Shown here: piece after piece, positions 38,663-49,019 of the stretch | Layout of the letters: each line of letters starts with the position of its first letter | Numbering within the stretch: the first letter of the stretch is position 1 | NCBI GenBank assembly: GCA_050945515.1 | Contig: JBMNTB010000004.1 | Coordinates: 2,113 to 66,112, forward strand | Direction of reading: 5' to 3' | Length of the DNA stretch: 64,000 bases | DNA from: Saccharofermentanales bacterium | Lineage (GTDB): Bacteria > Bacillota > Clostridia > Saccharofermentanales > DTU023 | Position numbers and translations under genes: made by a program | Notes under the pieces: generated by a model | Told to the model about the DNA's origin: nothing | What the model saw: only the letters and a program-made list of their open reading frames with translations | The model's database searches: none

Positions 38663-39661
38663 ATGGTGAAAAAGATTTTGTTGCTGGCTACCGGTGGCAC
38701 TATCGCCTCAGCTCAGACCGCAGACGGCATGAATCCACAGCTTACGCCGGAGGATCTTCTGGCAGCAGTGCCTGAGATAGCAGAATTATGCACAGTTGAG
38801 ACCAAAGTGCTGATGAATCTGGACAGCACCAATGTCCAGCCCGAGGAATGGCAGTTGATCGCTGCGGAATGCTATGCTGCTTTGTCCGACTATGACGGCA
38901 TTGTGATTTCCCATGGCACTGATACACTGGCCTATACTTCTTCCGCCCTCAGTTTCATGCTCAGAGATCCCGGGAAACCTATAGTCCTAACCGGCTCTCA
39001 ATTGTCCATGACTGAGCCCGAGGGCGATGCTCCCGGCAATTTGCTGGATTCTTTCCGAGTTGCCATATCCGACTTGAAAGGCATCTTTGTTGTCTTTGAC
39101 GGCAAAGTGATGGGCGGCAATCATACCGTGAAAACCAAGACCCATTCTTTTGATGCCTTCGACAGTGTGAATCATCCCCTCATTGGCACTATCAATGAGG
39201 GCATTTTGTATCTGTCTGAATTCGGCCGGGATATGACTGCTGCGCCACAGGAAGAACCGCAACTGTCGGCAGAACTTGAGCCCAAAGTCATGCTGATCAA
39301 GCTGACACCGGGTTTTGAGCCTTTATGGCTGGAAAGTCTGGCTGATCTGGGCTTGCGCGGTATCATCATTGAAGCCTACGGCTTCGGCGGTCTGCCTTTC
39401 CGGCGCCGGGATCTGCTCTCAACAGTAGAAAAACTACTGGCACGAGGGCTGCCTATCGCTCTGGGAACACAGGTAACCTTTGAAGGAACTGATCTTACAG
39501 TATATGAGGTCGCCGTAAAAGCTCTGCGAGCAGGAGTTATTTCCACCGGACGCATGACCACGGAGGCTACTCTTACAAAAATGATGTGGGTACTGGGGCA
39601 GACTGCTGACCCGGCAGAAATCAGAGAATTGATGAGTAAAGATCTGGCTCGGGAAACCTAG
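38663..39661 (+). CDS. ansA: L-asparaginase (type I)
   Basis: ATGGTIAS, LDSTN, HGTDTLAY and TGSQ motifs. Confidence 0.92.
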   Translation: MVKKILLLATGGTIASAQTADGMNPQLTPEDLLAAVPEIAELCTVETKVLMNLDSTNVQPEEWQLIAAECYAALSDYDGIVISHGTDTLAYTSSALSFMLRDPGKPIVLTGSQLSMTEPEGDAPGNLLDSFRVAISDLKGIFVVFDGKVMGGNHTVKTKTHSFDAFDSVNHPLIGTINEGILYLSEFGRDMTAAPQEEPQLSAELEPKVMLIKLTPGFEPLWLESLADLGLRGIIIEAYGFGGLPFRRRDLLSTVEKLLARGLPIALGTQVTFEGTDLTVYEVAVKALRAGVISTGRMTTEATLTKMMWVLGQTADPAEIRELMSKDLARET

Positions 39662-39765
39662 GTCTCCCCTGCAGTTTTGTTGACAACATAGTTTCAGACG
39701 CCAGACGCGCCTGAAGCTATGCTCAGAATCTTACAGCATCAGGCTGTACTTGAAAAGGAATTATA

Positions 39766-40491
39766 ATGAGAAAAGTAATCGGCATTATTGGCGGCATGGG
39801 ACCGATGGCAACCTGTGATCTTATGCTCCAAATCATAGAAAATACCCAAGTCCAGCGCGATCAGGATCATGTACGGCTTCTGATCGATAATAATCCTACT
39901 ATCCCCGACCGGACAGAAGCCCTGCTCAGAGGCGGCCCCAGTCCGTTGCCGGAATTAATCAATTCCGCCCGCAGATTGACCGCAGCCGGGGCGGAAGCAC
40001 TGACTATCTCCTGCAATACTTCACATTTTTTCTTGTCTGAGCTAAGAGCGGCAGTACCGATACCTTTTATCTCCATGATCAGTACAACCGTACAGAGATT
40101 AAAAGAGGCAGGCTGTCACACAGCGGCACTGCTCGCCACCGAGGGCTTAACTACAGTCGGTGTCTATCAGCGTGAACTGGCGGAAGCCAGCATCACTGCG
40201 CTGGTACCGACTGCCGAACAGCAGAAATTAGTGACGGAAATTATTTACGACACCGTTAAGGCGGATCTGCCGTTGCCGCAGCCGGAACGCTTTCAGTCTC
40301 TACTGGACTTTTTTCATCAGCAAGGTGCCCAACGCATAATCCTGGGCTGCACGGAATTGCCGGTCGCCGTTAAGCAATACGGATTCAAGGGCAACTTCAT
40401 TGATCCCACGCATGAACTGGCTCTGGAAGTCATCCGCTGGTCCGGCGCCCAAGCAAAGGCGGTTGAGCAAAGGACATCTGCCGGCTCCTGA
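39766..40491 (+). CDS. Aspartate/glutamate racemase family protein
   Basis: GIIGGMGPMAT, IPDRT, CNTSH and LGCTELP (both catalytic Cys present). Confidence 0.92.
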   Translation: MRKVIGIIGGMGPMATCDLMLQIIENTQVQRDQDHVRLLIDNNPTIPDRTEALLRGGPSPLPELINSARRLTAAGAEALTISCNTSHFFLSELRAAVPIPFISMISTTVQRLKEAGCHTAALLATEGLTTVGVYQRELAEASITALVPTAEQQKLVTEIIYDTVKADLPLPQPERFQSLLDFFHQQGAQRIILGCTELPVAVKQYGFKGNFIDPTHELALEVIRWSGAQAKAVEQRTSAGS

Positions 40492-40495
40492 CCGG

Positions 40496-40540
40496 GATTG
40501 ACACCGGTGCAAACACCTGGGCAACCGGTGTAAATATCCA
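40496..40540. terminator. Probable bidirectional terminator
   Basis: ACACCGGT..GC-loop-GC..ACCGGTGT stem between the convergent racemase and patB genes. Confidence 0.5.
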
Positions 40541-40552
40541 GGTAATAGTTGA

Positions 40553-41740
40553 CTAGCAGAGACCTCTCTTGTGCATGGCTGTATGCAGTCGCTCCAGCTG
40601 AGCAGATAAAGCCGCCGTCGGCAAAGCCAGATTGATCCTTTCAAAACCCTCACCGCCGCTGCCAAAAATATGGCCATGGTTGGTAATGAATTGGGCTTCT
40701 TGCTCCAGAAAAGTATCCTGCTCAGATATTGTCATGCCCCAGCTGCTGAGATCTACCCACAGCAGATAAGTGCCCTCCAGTGGAACGATATTGACTTCAT
40801 GACAATGCCGGGCAAAGAAATCCCTCACCAGCGCTTCATTTTGTTTAATCACAATAATCAATTCATCCAGCCAGTCGGCACAATATTTATAGGCCAGTTC
40901 ACAGGCTTTGTAACTGAGAATGGTACTGCCTCTAAAGCCGGTCCGGGCCAGCTGCCGGCTGAATTTCTCTCTCAGTTCACTGTTGGCAATCACCAGATTG
41001 GAGACGGCCATGCCGGCGATATTGAAGGTTTTGGAGGGAGCTGTACAAGTGATGACACGCTGCGCCAACTCCGGAGATAAAGTCTGGAACACAATATGAT
41101 GATGCCCCGGCAGCACAAGATCATGGTGGATCTCATCGGAAACTACGATCAGCTCATTCTTAAGGGTGATCTCAGCCAATCCTGCCAGCTCCTGCCGCTC
41201 CCAGACTCTGCCGGCAGGATTGTGCGGGCTGCAGAATAAGAATAATTTGTTTTTAGTACCTGCAGTCATTTGATCCAGCAGCTCCAGATCCATACAGTAT
41301 CTGCCATCCTGCAGGAACAATGGACAGTTCTCAATCCGGCGACCGCTGTTTTCAATCGCCATAAAGAAGGGGTAGTAGACCGGAGACATCACTATTACGC
41401 CGTCACCCGGTTCCGTAAAGCTCTGTACCGCCTGGTAGAGGGCAGGAACAATACCGGAAATCGGTAAAATCTGCTCTGCACTGACTGCGAAGTCATGGCG
41501 TTCTTGCATCCAGTCTTGCACAGCTGCCAGATAAGCCGGCGAGGGTTGGCTATAACCCAGTACTGCATAGTCCAGATAGTCTTGCAGACCACGCTTGATT
41601 TCCGGCGCCAGTACGAATTCCATATCGGCAACAGACAGCGGGATCACAGCCGGATCTATCTCCGGATTCAGCTCCAACATGCGATTCCATTTTGATGAAT
41701 CGACCCTCTTTACAACGGTAGTGAAATCATATTTAGTCAT
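40553..41740 (-). CDS. MalY/PatB family cystathionine beta-lyase
   Basis: PLSVADMEF, LGYS, CSPHNPAGRVW, SDEIH and APSKTFNIAG motifs; GGAG RBS before ATG 41740. Confidence 0.93.
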   Translation of the reverse strand: MTKYDFTTVVKRVDSSKWNRMLELNPEIDPAVIPLSVADMEFVLAPEIKRGLQDYLDYAVLGYSQPSPAYLAAVQDWMQERHDFAVSAEQILPISGIVPALYQAVQSFTEPGDGVIVMSPVYYPFFMAIENSGRRIENCPLFLQDGRYCMDLELLDQMTAGTKNKLFLFCSPHNPAGRVWERQELAGLAEITLKNELIVVSDEIHHDLVLPGHHHIVFQTLSPELAQRVITCTAPSKTFNIAGMAVSNLVIANSELREKFSRQLARTGFRGSTILSYKACELAYKYCADWLDELIIVIKQNEALVRDFFARHCHEVNIVPLEGTYLLWVDLSSWGMTISEQDTFLEQEAQFITNHGHIFGSGGEGFERINLALPTAALSAQLERLHTAMHKRGLC

Positions 41741-42069
41741 AGACCTCTCCTTAATTTTACTTTTTGTCAACGGTGATCGACCCTCTGCTTCAAACTGTTC
41801 AGTGGCTGTGCTTCGATTATTTTCCTCTACCCGTCGGGTACAGACCCGGGATTGCATGGTTTACCGACTGCCCGGCAGGGGGGTGATTGGCTGACGGATT
41901 ACTAACGAACTTATATTTAAATTTTACCAGATGCCACTCAACTTGTAGATAATTCGTAAAAACATTTCTTTTCGTTAGCATGCACTTGCGCTAATGCGCC
42001 TAAAACAGTATTATTTTCGAATAGGTATTAACTACCATGAGTATCATAATTAAATAAAGGGAGGATGAA

Positions 42070-44241
42070 ATGGTAATTGCTTTGGTTTTGCTCCTGTTCG
42101 CGGCCGTACTGGGGCTAGCCTACTCAATGTTCAATTTCTACTATGTCAAGAGGTTTGATGAAGGTACGGAGCGCATGCAACGAATTGCGGCCGCTGTCAG
42201 ATTGGGCACCAATACTTTCATCGTGTATGAGTATAAGATTGTCGCTAAGATTGCGTTGGCCCTGGCTGTCCTTCTCGGTGTAGCTATTTCCTGGCAGATG
42301 GCTCTCTCCTTTCTGATCGGCGCAATTATGTCAGGTTCCGCCGGGTGGGTCGGAATGAAAATAGCGACTTATGCCAATGTCCGCGTAACCAATCGCGCCA
42401 GGGAGACCAATAGCCTGGGCGAAACTCTGAAATTGGCCTATCGCGGCGGTTCCGTCATGGGACTTTGTGTGGGCGGATTTGCTTTATTGGGTATTTTCAT
42501 TGTCTACCTGGTCTTTGGTGTTCTCTTGGGTCAATACAAGGATCTGGTAGATGCTGTCGCCACCACTAACTGGTGGGGACTGCCGATCTCGTTTACGCTT
42601 ACTTTGTCCGGCTATGCACTGGGTTGCTCAGTCATTGCCATGTTCAACCGTGTGGGCGGCGGTATTTATACTAAGGCTGCCGACATGGGAGCGGATCTGG
42701 TGGGTAAGACTGAGGTTAATATCCCCGAGGATGACCCGCGCAACCCGGCTACAATCGCTGACAATGTTGGCGATAATGTCGGTGATGTGGCAGGCCTGGG
42801 AGCTGACTTGCTTGAATCATATGTCGGCGCTATCATGTCTGCTATAATTCTGGCCAGCGAGTTGTTCCGGAGCCATCATACCGTGTTCAGCTCCAGCATG
42901 CTGGAGAATATGATGTTCTATCCGTTCATGCTTGCTGCCGGCGGCATGATCTCCTGCGTGATCGGTACTTTCGTCATGCTGGCGCGCAAAAAGCTGTCCG
43001 ATTTCCCGCATAAGGAGCTTAATCGTTCAACATATATCTCTGCCAGTCTGACCATGATTGTGGGATTTTTTATTACACTTTTACAGTTCAGCAATATGTC
43101 TGATGATCTGTCAGGTGCAGGCTTTTCTCTCGGCTTCCTCTCTCCCTGGGTGGCTTCCTGTCTGGGCGTGCTGTCCGGTATCGTGATCGGCTATCTGGCC
43201 GAGTACTACACCAGCTATGATTACAACCCGACCAGAAATATTGCCGAGTCTAGTAAGGAAGGGCCGGCTCTGACTGTTACCGAGGGCATGTCTGTCGGCT
43301 TCAAATCGACTATGGCCCCGGTTGTGGTTATCGGTGTCGCTATCCTCATTTCCTACACCGCATGCGGCATGTATGGCGTAGCTATGGCGGCTACCGGAAT
43401 GTTGGCTTTTGTCACAGCTACAGTTTCAGTTGACACTTATGGCCCGATTTCGGACAATGCCGGCGGTATTGCGGAGATGAGCGGACTTGATCACAGTGTT
43501 CGCGACATCACAGACACTCTGGACGCAGTAGGCAATACGACTGCTGCTATCGGCAAAGGCTTTGCCATTGGTTCAGCCGCTCTGGCTGCCCTGTCTATGA
43601 TGGTGTCCTATCTCTTTTCATTCACGCCGGCGGATCAGCCTCTGTCTTTGAATCTGGTAGAGCCCATGACACTGGCTGGTGGTCTGGTAGGGGCGGCACT
43701 GCCTTTCTTATTCTCCGGCATCTTGATCAACGCCGTGACCAGAACCGCCCGTGAGATGGTGGTCGAGGTCCGTCGCCAGTTCGCCGAGATCAAAGGTTTG
43801 CTGGATGGTACAGCTGATCCGGACTATAAAACCTGTATTGAGATCTCCTCACGCGGTGCGCTCAATGAGATGAAAATACCGGCCCTGATGTCTGTCGGAG
43901 TGCCGGTAATTTGCGGCTTCCTCTTCGGTGTCGAATTCGTCGGCGGCCTCCTGATCGGCTCCACTCTGTCGGCGGTAATGATGGCGCTGGCTGCAGGAAA
44001 TATGGGCGGTGCCTGGGACAATGCCAAGAAGTACATTGAAGCCGGTATGTTGGAAGGTTTCGGTCGCGGCTCCGATGCTCATGATGCTGCTGTCATCGGT
44101 GACACCATCGGTGACCCGCTTAAAGATACTGTCGGGCCGTCATTGAACATTCTGATTAAGATCATGTCCGTTGTTTCTCTGGTTATGGTAACTCTCTTCA
44201 GCAGATACAATCTGGTGGGTTGGATTAGCGGACTGTTCTAA
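42070..44241 (+). CDS. hppA: Membrane-bound cation-translocating pyrophosphatase, K+-dependent type
   Basis: [42 protein letters not shown] (Ala at the K+-dependence position) and GDPLKDT. Confidence 0.95.
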   Translation: MVIALVLLLFAAVLGLAYSMFNFYYVKRFDEGTERMQRIAAAVRLGTNTFIVYEYKIVAKIALALAVLLGVAISWQMALSFLIGAIMSGSAGWVGMKIATYANVRVTNRARETNSLGETLKLAYRGGSVMGLCVGGFALLGIFIVYLVFGVLLGQYKDLVDAVATTNWWGLPISFTLTLSGYALGCSVIAMFNRVGGGIYTKAADMGADLVGKTEVNIPEDDPRNPATIADNVGDNVGDVAGLGADLLESYVGAIMSAIILASELFRSHHTVFSSSMLENMMFYPFMLAAGGMISCVIGTFVMLARKKLSDFPHKELNRSTYISASLTMIVGFFITLLQFSNMSDDLSGAGFSLGFLSPWVASCLGVLSGIVIGYLAEYYTSYDYNPTRNIAESSKEGPALTVTEGMSVGFKSTMAPVVVIGVAILISYTACGMYGVAMAATGMLAFVTATVSVDTYGPISDNAGGIAEMSGLDHSVRDITDTLDAVGNTTAAIGKGFAIGSAALAALSMMVSYLFSFTPADQPLSLNLVEPMTLAGGLVGAALPFLFSGILINAVTRTAREMVVEVRRQFAEIKGLLDGTADPDYKTCIEISSRGALNEMKIPALMSVGVPVICGFLFGVEFVGGLLIGSTLSAVMMALAAGNMGGAWDNAKKYIEAGMLEGFGRGSDAHDAAVIGDTIGDPLKDTVGPSLNILIKIMSVVSLVMVTLFSRYNLVGWISGLF

Positions 44242-44269
44242 ATCAAATCATATAGCCCATTACTTGATA

Positions 44270-44305
44270 TAAGACCCCTGGAACCTTTCGGTTCCAGGGG
44301 CCTTA
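44270..44305. terminator. Rho-independent terminator
   Basis: CCCCTGGAAC-CTTTCG-GTTCCAGGGG perfect stem after hppA. Confidence 0.8.
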
Positions 44306-44321
44306 TTAGGTTTAGCCGTTA

Positions 44322-45627
44322 CAATTTTTGCTGTAAAACTCAAGCACCATTCTTTAACTTTTTTCTATCATAATCTCTTAGAAATCGTGCCTTCTATCGG
44401 AAATTAATCTTTCCCTAATCTTTCTCTTCTTATCTCCATACAGAGAAGCATCGACCTTCTTTAAAAAATCATCTGTTGACTCCTGCTTAATTTCGTATGT
44501 ACTATAACCGATTGAAAAATTGATCTCATAAGGTTTCTGTTCCGATTCATTGAACAATCTTGCCTGCGTTTTAATGGTGTCGATCATATCCATTATTTCT
44601 TTCTGAGAGTTTATATACATTAATATGATAAACTCATCACCGCCATACCTGCATACTTTCCCTTTACCACCTACAGCTGAATGTAATATCTTTCCGGCTG
44701 CAGAAATAGCATCATCTCCTACAAGATGTCCTAATCTATCATTGATGCCTTTCAGGTCATCAATGTCTAACATAATTCCAGCTAGTACACGGGTAGTGCT
44801 CCCTCTTTTACTACACACAAACAACACGTTATTTAAATACTGTCTGTTAAATAATCCCGACAGCGCATCCACATAAGCCGATTCATTTTGAACATTGATG
44901 AATAAGGAAATCAGTCCTACAGCCACGCCAAGCCACACGAGTGAGTATCCATAAAAGAAGAATTGCAACAGACTTCCAATCATAACAGGAATCATAAACA
45001 GAATAGCAGGCATCGACAAATATTTATTTACCTTCCTGCGATGCGAATAAATTAATACAACCCCATATGCCAGATAAAAATAAGTGACAACATATGGAAT
45101 GAGATATAAATCTGTTCTTTTATAAATATTATATTTATCAATTTCAAAAAACACAGGTGTCACTAAGTTTATTAAGCTGCCGATTATAATTAACAGAGCA
45201 GGTATAACTACAAAAGGGTATATGCGCTTGATTCTTTCTATGTCTGAAAACAATTTATAATCCGCATATACTGTCCATAAATACGAAAATATAGTAGTGT
45301 TAATAAATAAAATGGCATTCAGCACTATCAGCAATGTATGGTATCCATATACCATTTTCCCATCCATAAAAAAAACAACCGTTTCAATAATGCATTGCAG
45401 AATATTCAAAATAACCATCGCGAAGTAAATTTTTTCGTCGAAAAATCCATGACGTATTGATTTTTTTGAGCTTGATACAATAATTGATAACAACAATATT
45501 GCTGTTCCATTTGCAATACATATCGCCGGGAAATTAAACATCTTCAAAATGCTCCCTCGTTATTTATCACTATAATAACCATATCATAAAACTAACTTTT
45601 TTCACGTTAGTTTTACGCAAAAATTTG
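44322..45627. repeat. Imperfect 17-19 bp inverted repeats flanking the GGDEF gene
   Basis: CAATTTTTGCTGTAAAACT (44322-44340) versus AGTTTTACGCAAAAATTTG (45609-45627): 8+9 matching bases with one gap. Confidence 0.45.
44378..45547 (-). CDS. Membrane-anchored GGDEF diguanylate cyclase
   Basis: About 6 N-terminal TM segments, DALSGLFNR, DIDDLKGIND.LGH.GD, RYGGDEF. No RxxD I-site. The DNA is markedly AT-rich. Confidence 0.92.
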   Translation of the reverse strand: MKMFNFPAICIANGTAILLLSIIVSSSKKSIRHGFFDEKIYFAMVILNILQCIIETVVFFMDGKMVYGYHTLLIVLNAILFINTTIFSYLWTVYADYKLFSDIERIKRIYPFVVIPALLIIIGSLINLVTPVFFEIDKYNIYKRTDLYLIPYVVTYFYLAYGVVLIYSHRRKVNKYLSMPAILFMIPVMIGSLLQFFFYGYSLVWLGVAVGLISLFINVQNESAYVDALSGLFNRQYLNNVLFVCSKRGSTTRVLAGIMLDIDDLKGINDRLGHLVGDDAISAAGKILHSAVGGKGKVCRYGGDEFIILMYINSQKEIMDMIDTIKTQARLFNESEQKPYEINFSIGYSTYEIKQESTDDFLKKVDASLYGDKKRKIRERLISDRRHDF

Positions 45628-45723
45628 AGAAACATTTGCGCAAATGCCGGAGTCATTTCACCGTCTGTGGCACAAATACTCAGATACATTTTGGTTCCGG
45701 GTAAAAATATCATTATTTGAGCG

Positions 45724-45770
45724 AAAAGAAAAGCCCCCTGAAAGCAAGAAGTTTCAGGGAACTTTTAGTT
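45724..45770 (-). terminator. Probable terminator of the amino acid ABC operon
   Basis: CCCTGAAA..loop..TTTCAGGG stem with A/T tracts on both sides. Confidence 0.55.
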
Positions 45771-45873
45771 TTTGGCTTACGAGTCCTCCAGTATTGCGGC
45801 TGGAACAAGAGCCGGAACGGCGACTGCAGCGGTAATGGGAAGCCAGGTGTCTGAGGCGGCTAAGCCGTTAGCT

Positions 45874-46644
45874 CTATGTGTTGCGGAATCTGGCCAGGAA
45901 ATCGATTGTTTCCTGCCGCTTTGGATTCCCGAATATTTCCTCCGGAGTGCCGGATTCATGGATAACGCCTTCGTTCATAAAAAATACTTGACTGCTAACA
46001 TCGCGGGCAAAGGCCATTTCATGTGAGACAACCAACATAGTCATGCCCTCATTGGCCAGATTTTTCATGACCGCAAGCACCTCGCCTACCGTCTCCGGAT
46101 CAAGAGCCGAGGTCGGCTCATCGAACAGCAATAGATCCGGGTCCATCGCCAGAGCGCGGGCAATCGCCACCCGCTGCTGCTGACCACCCGAGATCTGACG
46201 AGGTTTGGCATCGATATAGGGAGCCATACCCACTTTATCCAGAAGCTCAAGAGCGTATTGTTTGGCCTGATCGCGACTGCGTTTGAGCACTCGCACCTGT
46301 CCGACCACACAGTTCTCCAACACAGTCAAATTTTTAAACAGATTGAACGACTGGAAGACCATGCCGACATGCGAGCGGTATTTGGTCGCATTGACTCCCG
46401 GTGCCAATACATTGACACCCTTGTAGATAATTTCGCCGCCTGTCGGCGTTTCCAGCAGGTTGATGCAGCGCAGCAAAGTCGATTTGCCCGAGCCGGAAGC
46501 ACCGATCACGCTGATCACATCACCCTGGTAGACATCGAAATGAATATCCTTCAGAACCTTATTATTGCCGAATGCTTTCGACAGGTGATCAATTTGCAGA
46601 ATTGGCTGGGAACGGGAATTATGCTCATTATTGTTATTTGCCAT
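45874..46644 (-). CDS. Polar amino acid ABC transporter ATP-binding protein
   Basis: [33 protein letters not shown]. Confidence 0.95.
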   Translation of the reverse strand: MANNNNEHNSRSQPILQIDHLSKAFGNNKVLKDIHFDVYQGDVISVIGASGSGKSTLLRCINLLETPTGGEIIYKGVNVLAPGVNATKYRSHVGMVFQSFNLFKNLTVLENCVVGQVRVLKRSRDQAKQYALELLDKVGMAPYIDAKPRQISGGQQQRVAIARALAMDPDLLLFDEPTSALDPETVGEVLAVMKNLANEGMTMLVVSHEMAFARDVSSQVFFMNEGVIHESGTPEEIFGNPKRQETIDFLARFRNT

Positions 46645-47473
46645 CTCGCTCTAACTCCTTGCTGCGTTCGGCTAAATGTTCGCCCTTGCCGGGATGTCTG
46701 TACGTACCGGCCACCATCACAAGCTGATCGGCGGCAGCCAGCTCGTAACTGGCATCGCCCTCCAACTTCTTTTCAATCCGGCGCAGAATGAAAGATGAGA
46801 TCAGTGTCACAGTAAGATAACCGATCATCTCAATCGTGGCCGAAGGAAAAAAGAGATAATTTGCTCCCGAGGCCGACCTGTGAGCGGCAAAAAAGTCCGG
46901 AAAGCCGATGACGAACATTACCGAAGTGTCCTTGACATTGATAATAAAGTTATTGCCAATCTGGGGCATAATATTGCGCAGCGCTTGCGGCAAAATTACG
47001 GAGGTCATGGTCTGAAAGTGATTCATACCGATAGCCTTTGCGCCCTCGGTCTGTCCCGGGTCGATCGAAATAATCCCGCCGCGGACCGATTCCGCCATAT
47101 AGGCCCCCGTATTGATTGAGACAACCAGAATGGATGCCACCCAGATACTATCGAATCTATGCTGCAGATTCGTCACATACGGCAAACCATAGAAGATAAA
47201 GACCGCCTGCAACATCATGGGCGTACCCCGAAAAACTTCAACATAGATCCTGATCACAACCCGGATCAGTTTCAGGACAAATCTTTTGGGCAGAGGGTCT
47301 TTTTTCGTGTAGGGAATTGTGTTCAGAACACCGCAGGCAAAGCCGATCAGACAACCGATCGCCGTCGCGACCAGCGCCAGAATCAGCGTAGAGCGGATAC
47401 CCCTGAGATACACATCGCCGAATTTATCCCACAGTTTTTCTATATCCTGTATTAATTGTGCCAATTTTCCCAT
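46634..47473 (-). CDS. Polar amino acid ABC transporter permease
   Basis: [30 protein letters not shown] and NVKDTS motifs. Confidence 0.95.
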   Translation of the reverse strand: MGKLAQLIQDIEKLWDKFGDVYLRGIRSTLILALVATAIGCLIGFACGVLNTIPYTKKDPLPKRFVLKLIRVVIRIYVEVFRGTPMMLQAVFIFYGLPYVTNLQHRFDSIWVASILVVSINTGAYMAESVRGGIISIDPGQTEGAKAIGMNHFQTMTSVILPQALRNIMPQIGNNFIINVKDTSVMFVIGFPDFFAAHRSASGANYLFFPSATIEMIGYLTVTLISSFILRRIEKKLEGDASYELAAADQLVMVAGTYRHPGKGEHLAERSKELERDGK

Positions 47474-47561
47474 TGTCAGGCGTCTCCTTTAGTCCGGCCC
47501 GGTCTGCGGCGGGCAGTTCACAGACTGCCCGCACGACCCGGGTCTCAGACACATTTCAGAT

Positions 47562-48560
47562 CTATTCTTCACTCAAAGGCTGAATTTTGATCGCATCTTC
47601 CATCATGGTATTGAAATCATCTTCGGTCATGGTGCCAAGCACATTGTTCAGCGCCGTCAGGAGAACGGCATTGCCTTTCATGACTGAAATACCGATATTG
47701 ACATTCTCTGCTCTGACTTCGTCCGAGAACTGGAAATCGCCGTCCGTACCCGAGAAGTCCAGAATTTTCATCTCCGGATAGGCAACCACGGCACCCTGGG
47801 CTGTCGGCAGATCAGTGCAGACAAAGTCCACAGTACCGGTCGCCAGTGCCATCAACATGGCCGGCACGTCCGAAGACTTCAGCGGGATTTCGATATCGGG
47901 GATCTGCGGCAGACACTGATCAAACCAAATCGTACCTTCTTGAGCCGTACCTCTGCCGCCCGCCAGATCGGCGATGCCCTGGGCAGCAGCAAACTTACTA
48001 TCTTCTCTGGTCAACACTACCATCGTGGCATAGAAATAAGGTCCGGCGAAATCCACCTGTTCAGAGCGCTCGGCTGTCATGGACTGGCCGGCAATAACTG
48101 CGTCAAAAGTACCTGTCATCACGCCCGGTACCAGTGAATCCCAATCGGACTGTATAATCTCCAGCTCCCAGCCATTGGCTTCACAAAGTATCTTGGCCAT
48201 CATCACATCATAGCCATTGGCAAAAGCGCCCGGTGAATTGCTGATCGGCACTGCACCATTGGAATCATCCTGCTGTACCCAATTGTAAGGCGCATAGGCA
48301 CATTCCATCGCGACAGTCAGAACACCGTCCTCAACACCTGTGGGCACGCTCTGAGCTTCCGGTGCAGTCGTCTCAACGCCTTCTGCCTCAGTGGTTTCCT
48401 CCGCCTCTGCTGCAGTGGTATCCTCCTGTTCAGCTTCTGCGCCGGCGGTGGCTTCGACTTCCGCCTCTGTAGCTGCTTCAGTCGCAGCAGAATCTGACTT
48501 CCCGCAAGCTACCAACGCCAACAACATCACTACTGCGAGAAATAAAGCAATCTTTCTCAT
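47562..48560 (-). CDS. Polar amino acid (probably lysine) ABC transporter substrate-binding lipoprotein
   Basis: Lipobox LVAC, Ala/Glu/Thr linker, ECAYAPYNW and GYDV motifs; downstream of a lysine riboswitch. Confidence 0.9.
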   Translation of the reverse strand: MRKIALFLAVVMLLALVACGKSDSAATEAATEAEVEATAGAEAEQEDTTAAEAEETTEAEGVETTAPEAQSVPTGVEDGVLTVAMECAYAPYNWVQQDDSNGAVPISNSPGAFANGYDVMMAKILCEANGWELEIIQSDWDSLVPGVMTGTFDAVIAGQSMTAERSEQVDFAGPYFYATMVVLTREDSKFAAAQGIADLAGGRGTAQEGTIWFDQCLPQIPDIEIPLKSSDVPAMLMALATGTVDFVCTDLPTAQGAVVAYPEMKILDFSGTDGDFQFSDEVRAENVNIGISVMKGNAVLLTALNNVLGTMTEDDFNTMMEDAIKIQPLSEE

Positions 48561-48633
48561 CCTTTTTCCATCCTTTCCTCACCTGTACTATTTAAGTACA
48601 GACCCGACTCTTACCCGGCCGGCCGGTTTTAAT

Positions 48634-48660
48634 AAAAAAGAACCGCTTTGTCAAGCGGTC
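48634..48660 (-). terminator. Riboswitch expression-platform terminator
   Basis: On the minus strand GACCGCTT-GAC-AAAGCGGTT followed by CTTTTTT, between the aptamer and the start codon. Confidence 0.75.
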
Positions 48661-48699
48661 CATGGAAATCGGATAATATTCGATCAGTGCCGATGCCAT

Positions 48700-48861
48700 C
48701 GATAGCGCTCCACAAAAGCTTGTGACAGTTCGTCAGATCTTATCTGCCGACCCAGCTCCGGAAAATCAGGCCCTCTTCCGAAACTTCGGCGATTTCCCCT
48801 TTTATATCGACGGTGACCTGCCTTGCCGATAGTACTCTTGAAAACCGCGCCTCTACCTAAA
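48700..48861 (-). ncRNA. Lysine riboswitch (L-box)
   Basis: The minus strand reads GTAGAGGCGCG...AAGAGTA...AAAGGGG..GCCGAAG...CTGGG...ACTGTC...GGAGCGCTA, the conserved L-box core in the correct order. Confidence 0.9.
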
Positions 48862-48879
48862 GCGATTCAATTTCGTGCA

Positions 48880-48908
48880 ATGATAACATTAAGAAAAAGC
48901 TCTGTCAA
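48880..48908 (-). promoter_or_regulatory. Sigma-A promoter of the riboswitch leader
   Basis: TTGACA (48903-48908), 17 nt, then TG-extended TATCAT (48880-48885), ending about 20 nt before the aptamer. Confidence 0.7.
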
Positions 48909-49019
48909 ATTTGCGCCGGCGGTCATTTGAGGGAATGCATAACGAATCTCACTTGCTCATATATGACGGATTTAGTCTATAATAATGTATTGATTTGAGA
49001 AAAGGAACGGAGTGAAATT

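Noticed and set aside
41741-41960. Possible SAM or T-box leader upstream of patB
   Set aside because: The leader is long and GC-rich, but no SAM-I or T-box consensus elements could be located.
45772-46026. Small ORFs (84 aa on +, 60 aa on -) between GGDEF and the ABC ATPase
   Set aside because: They overlap the ATPase gene and have no RBS or recognisable motif.
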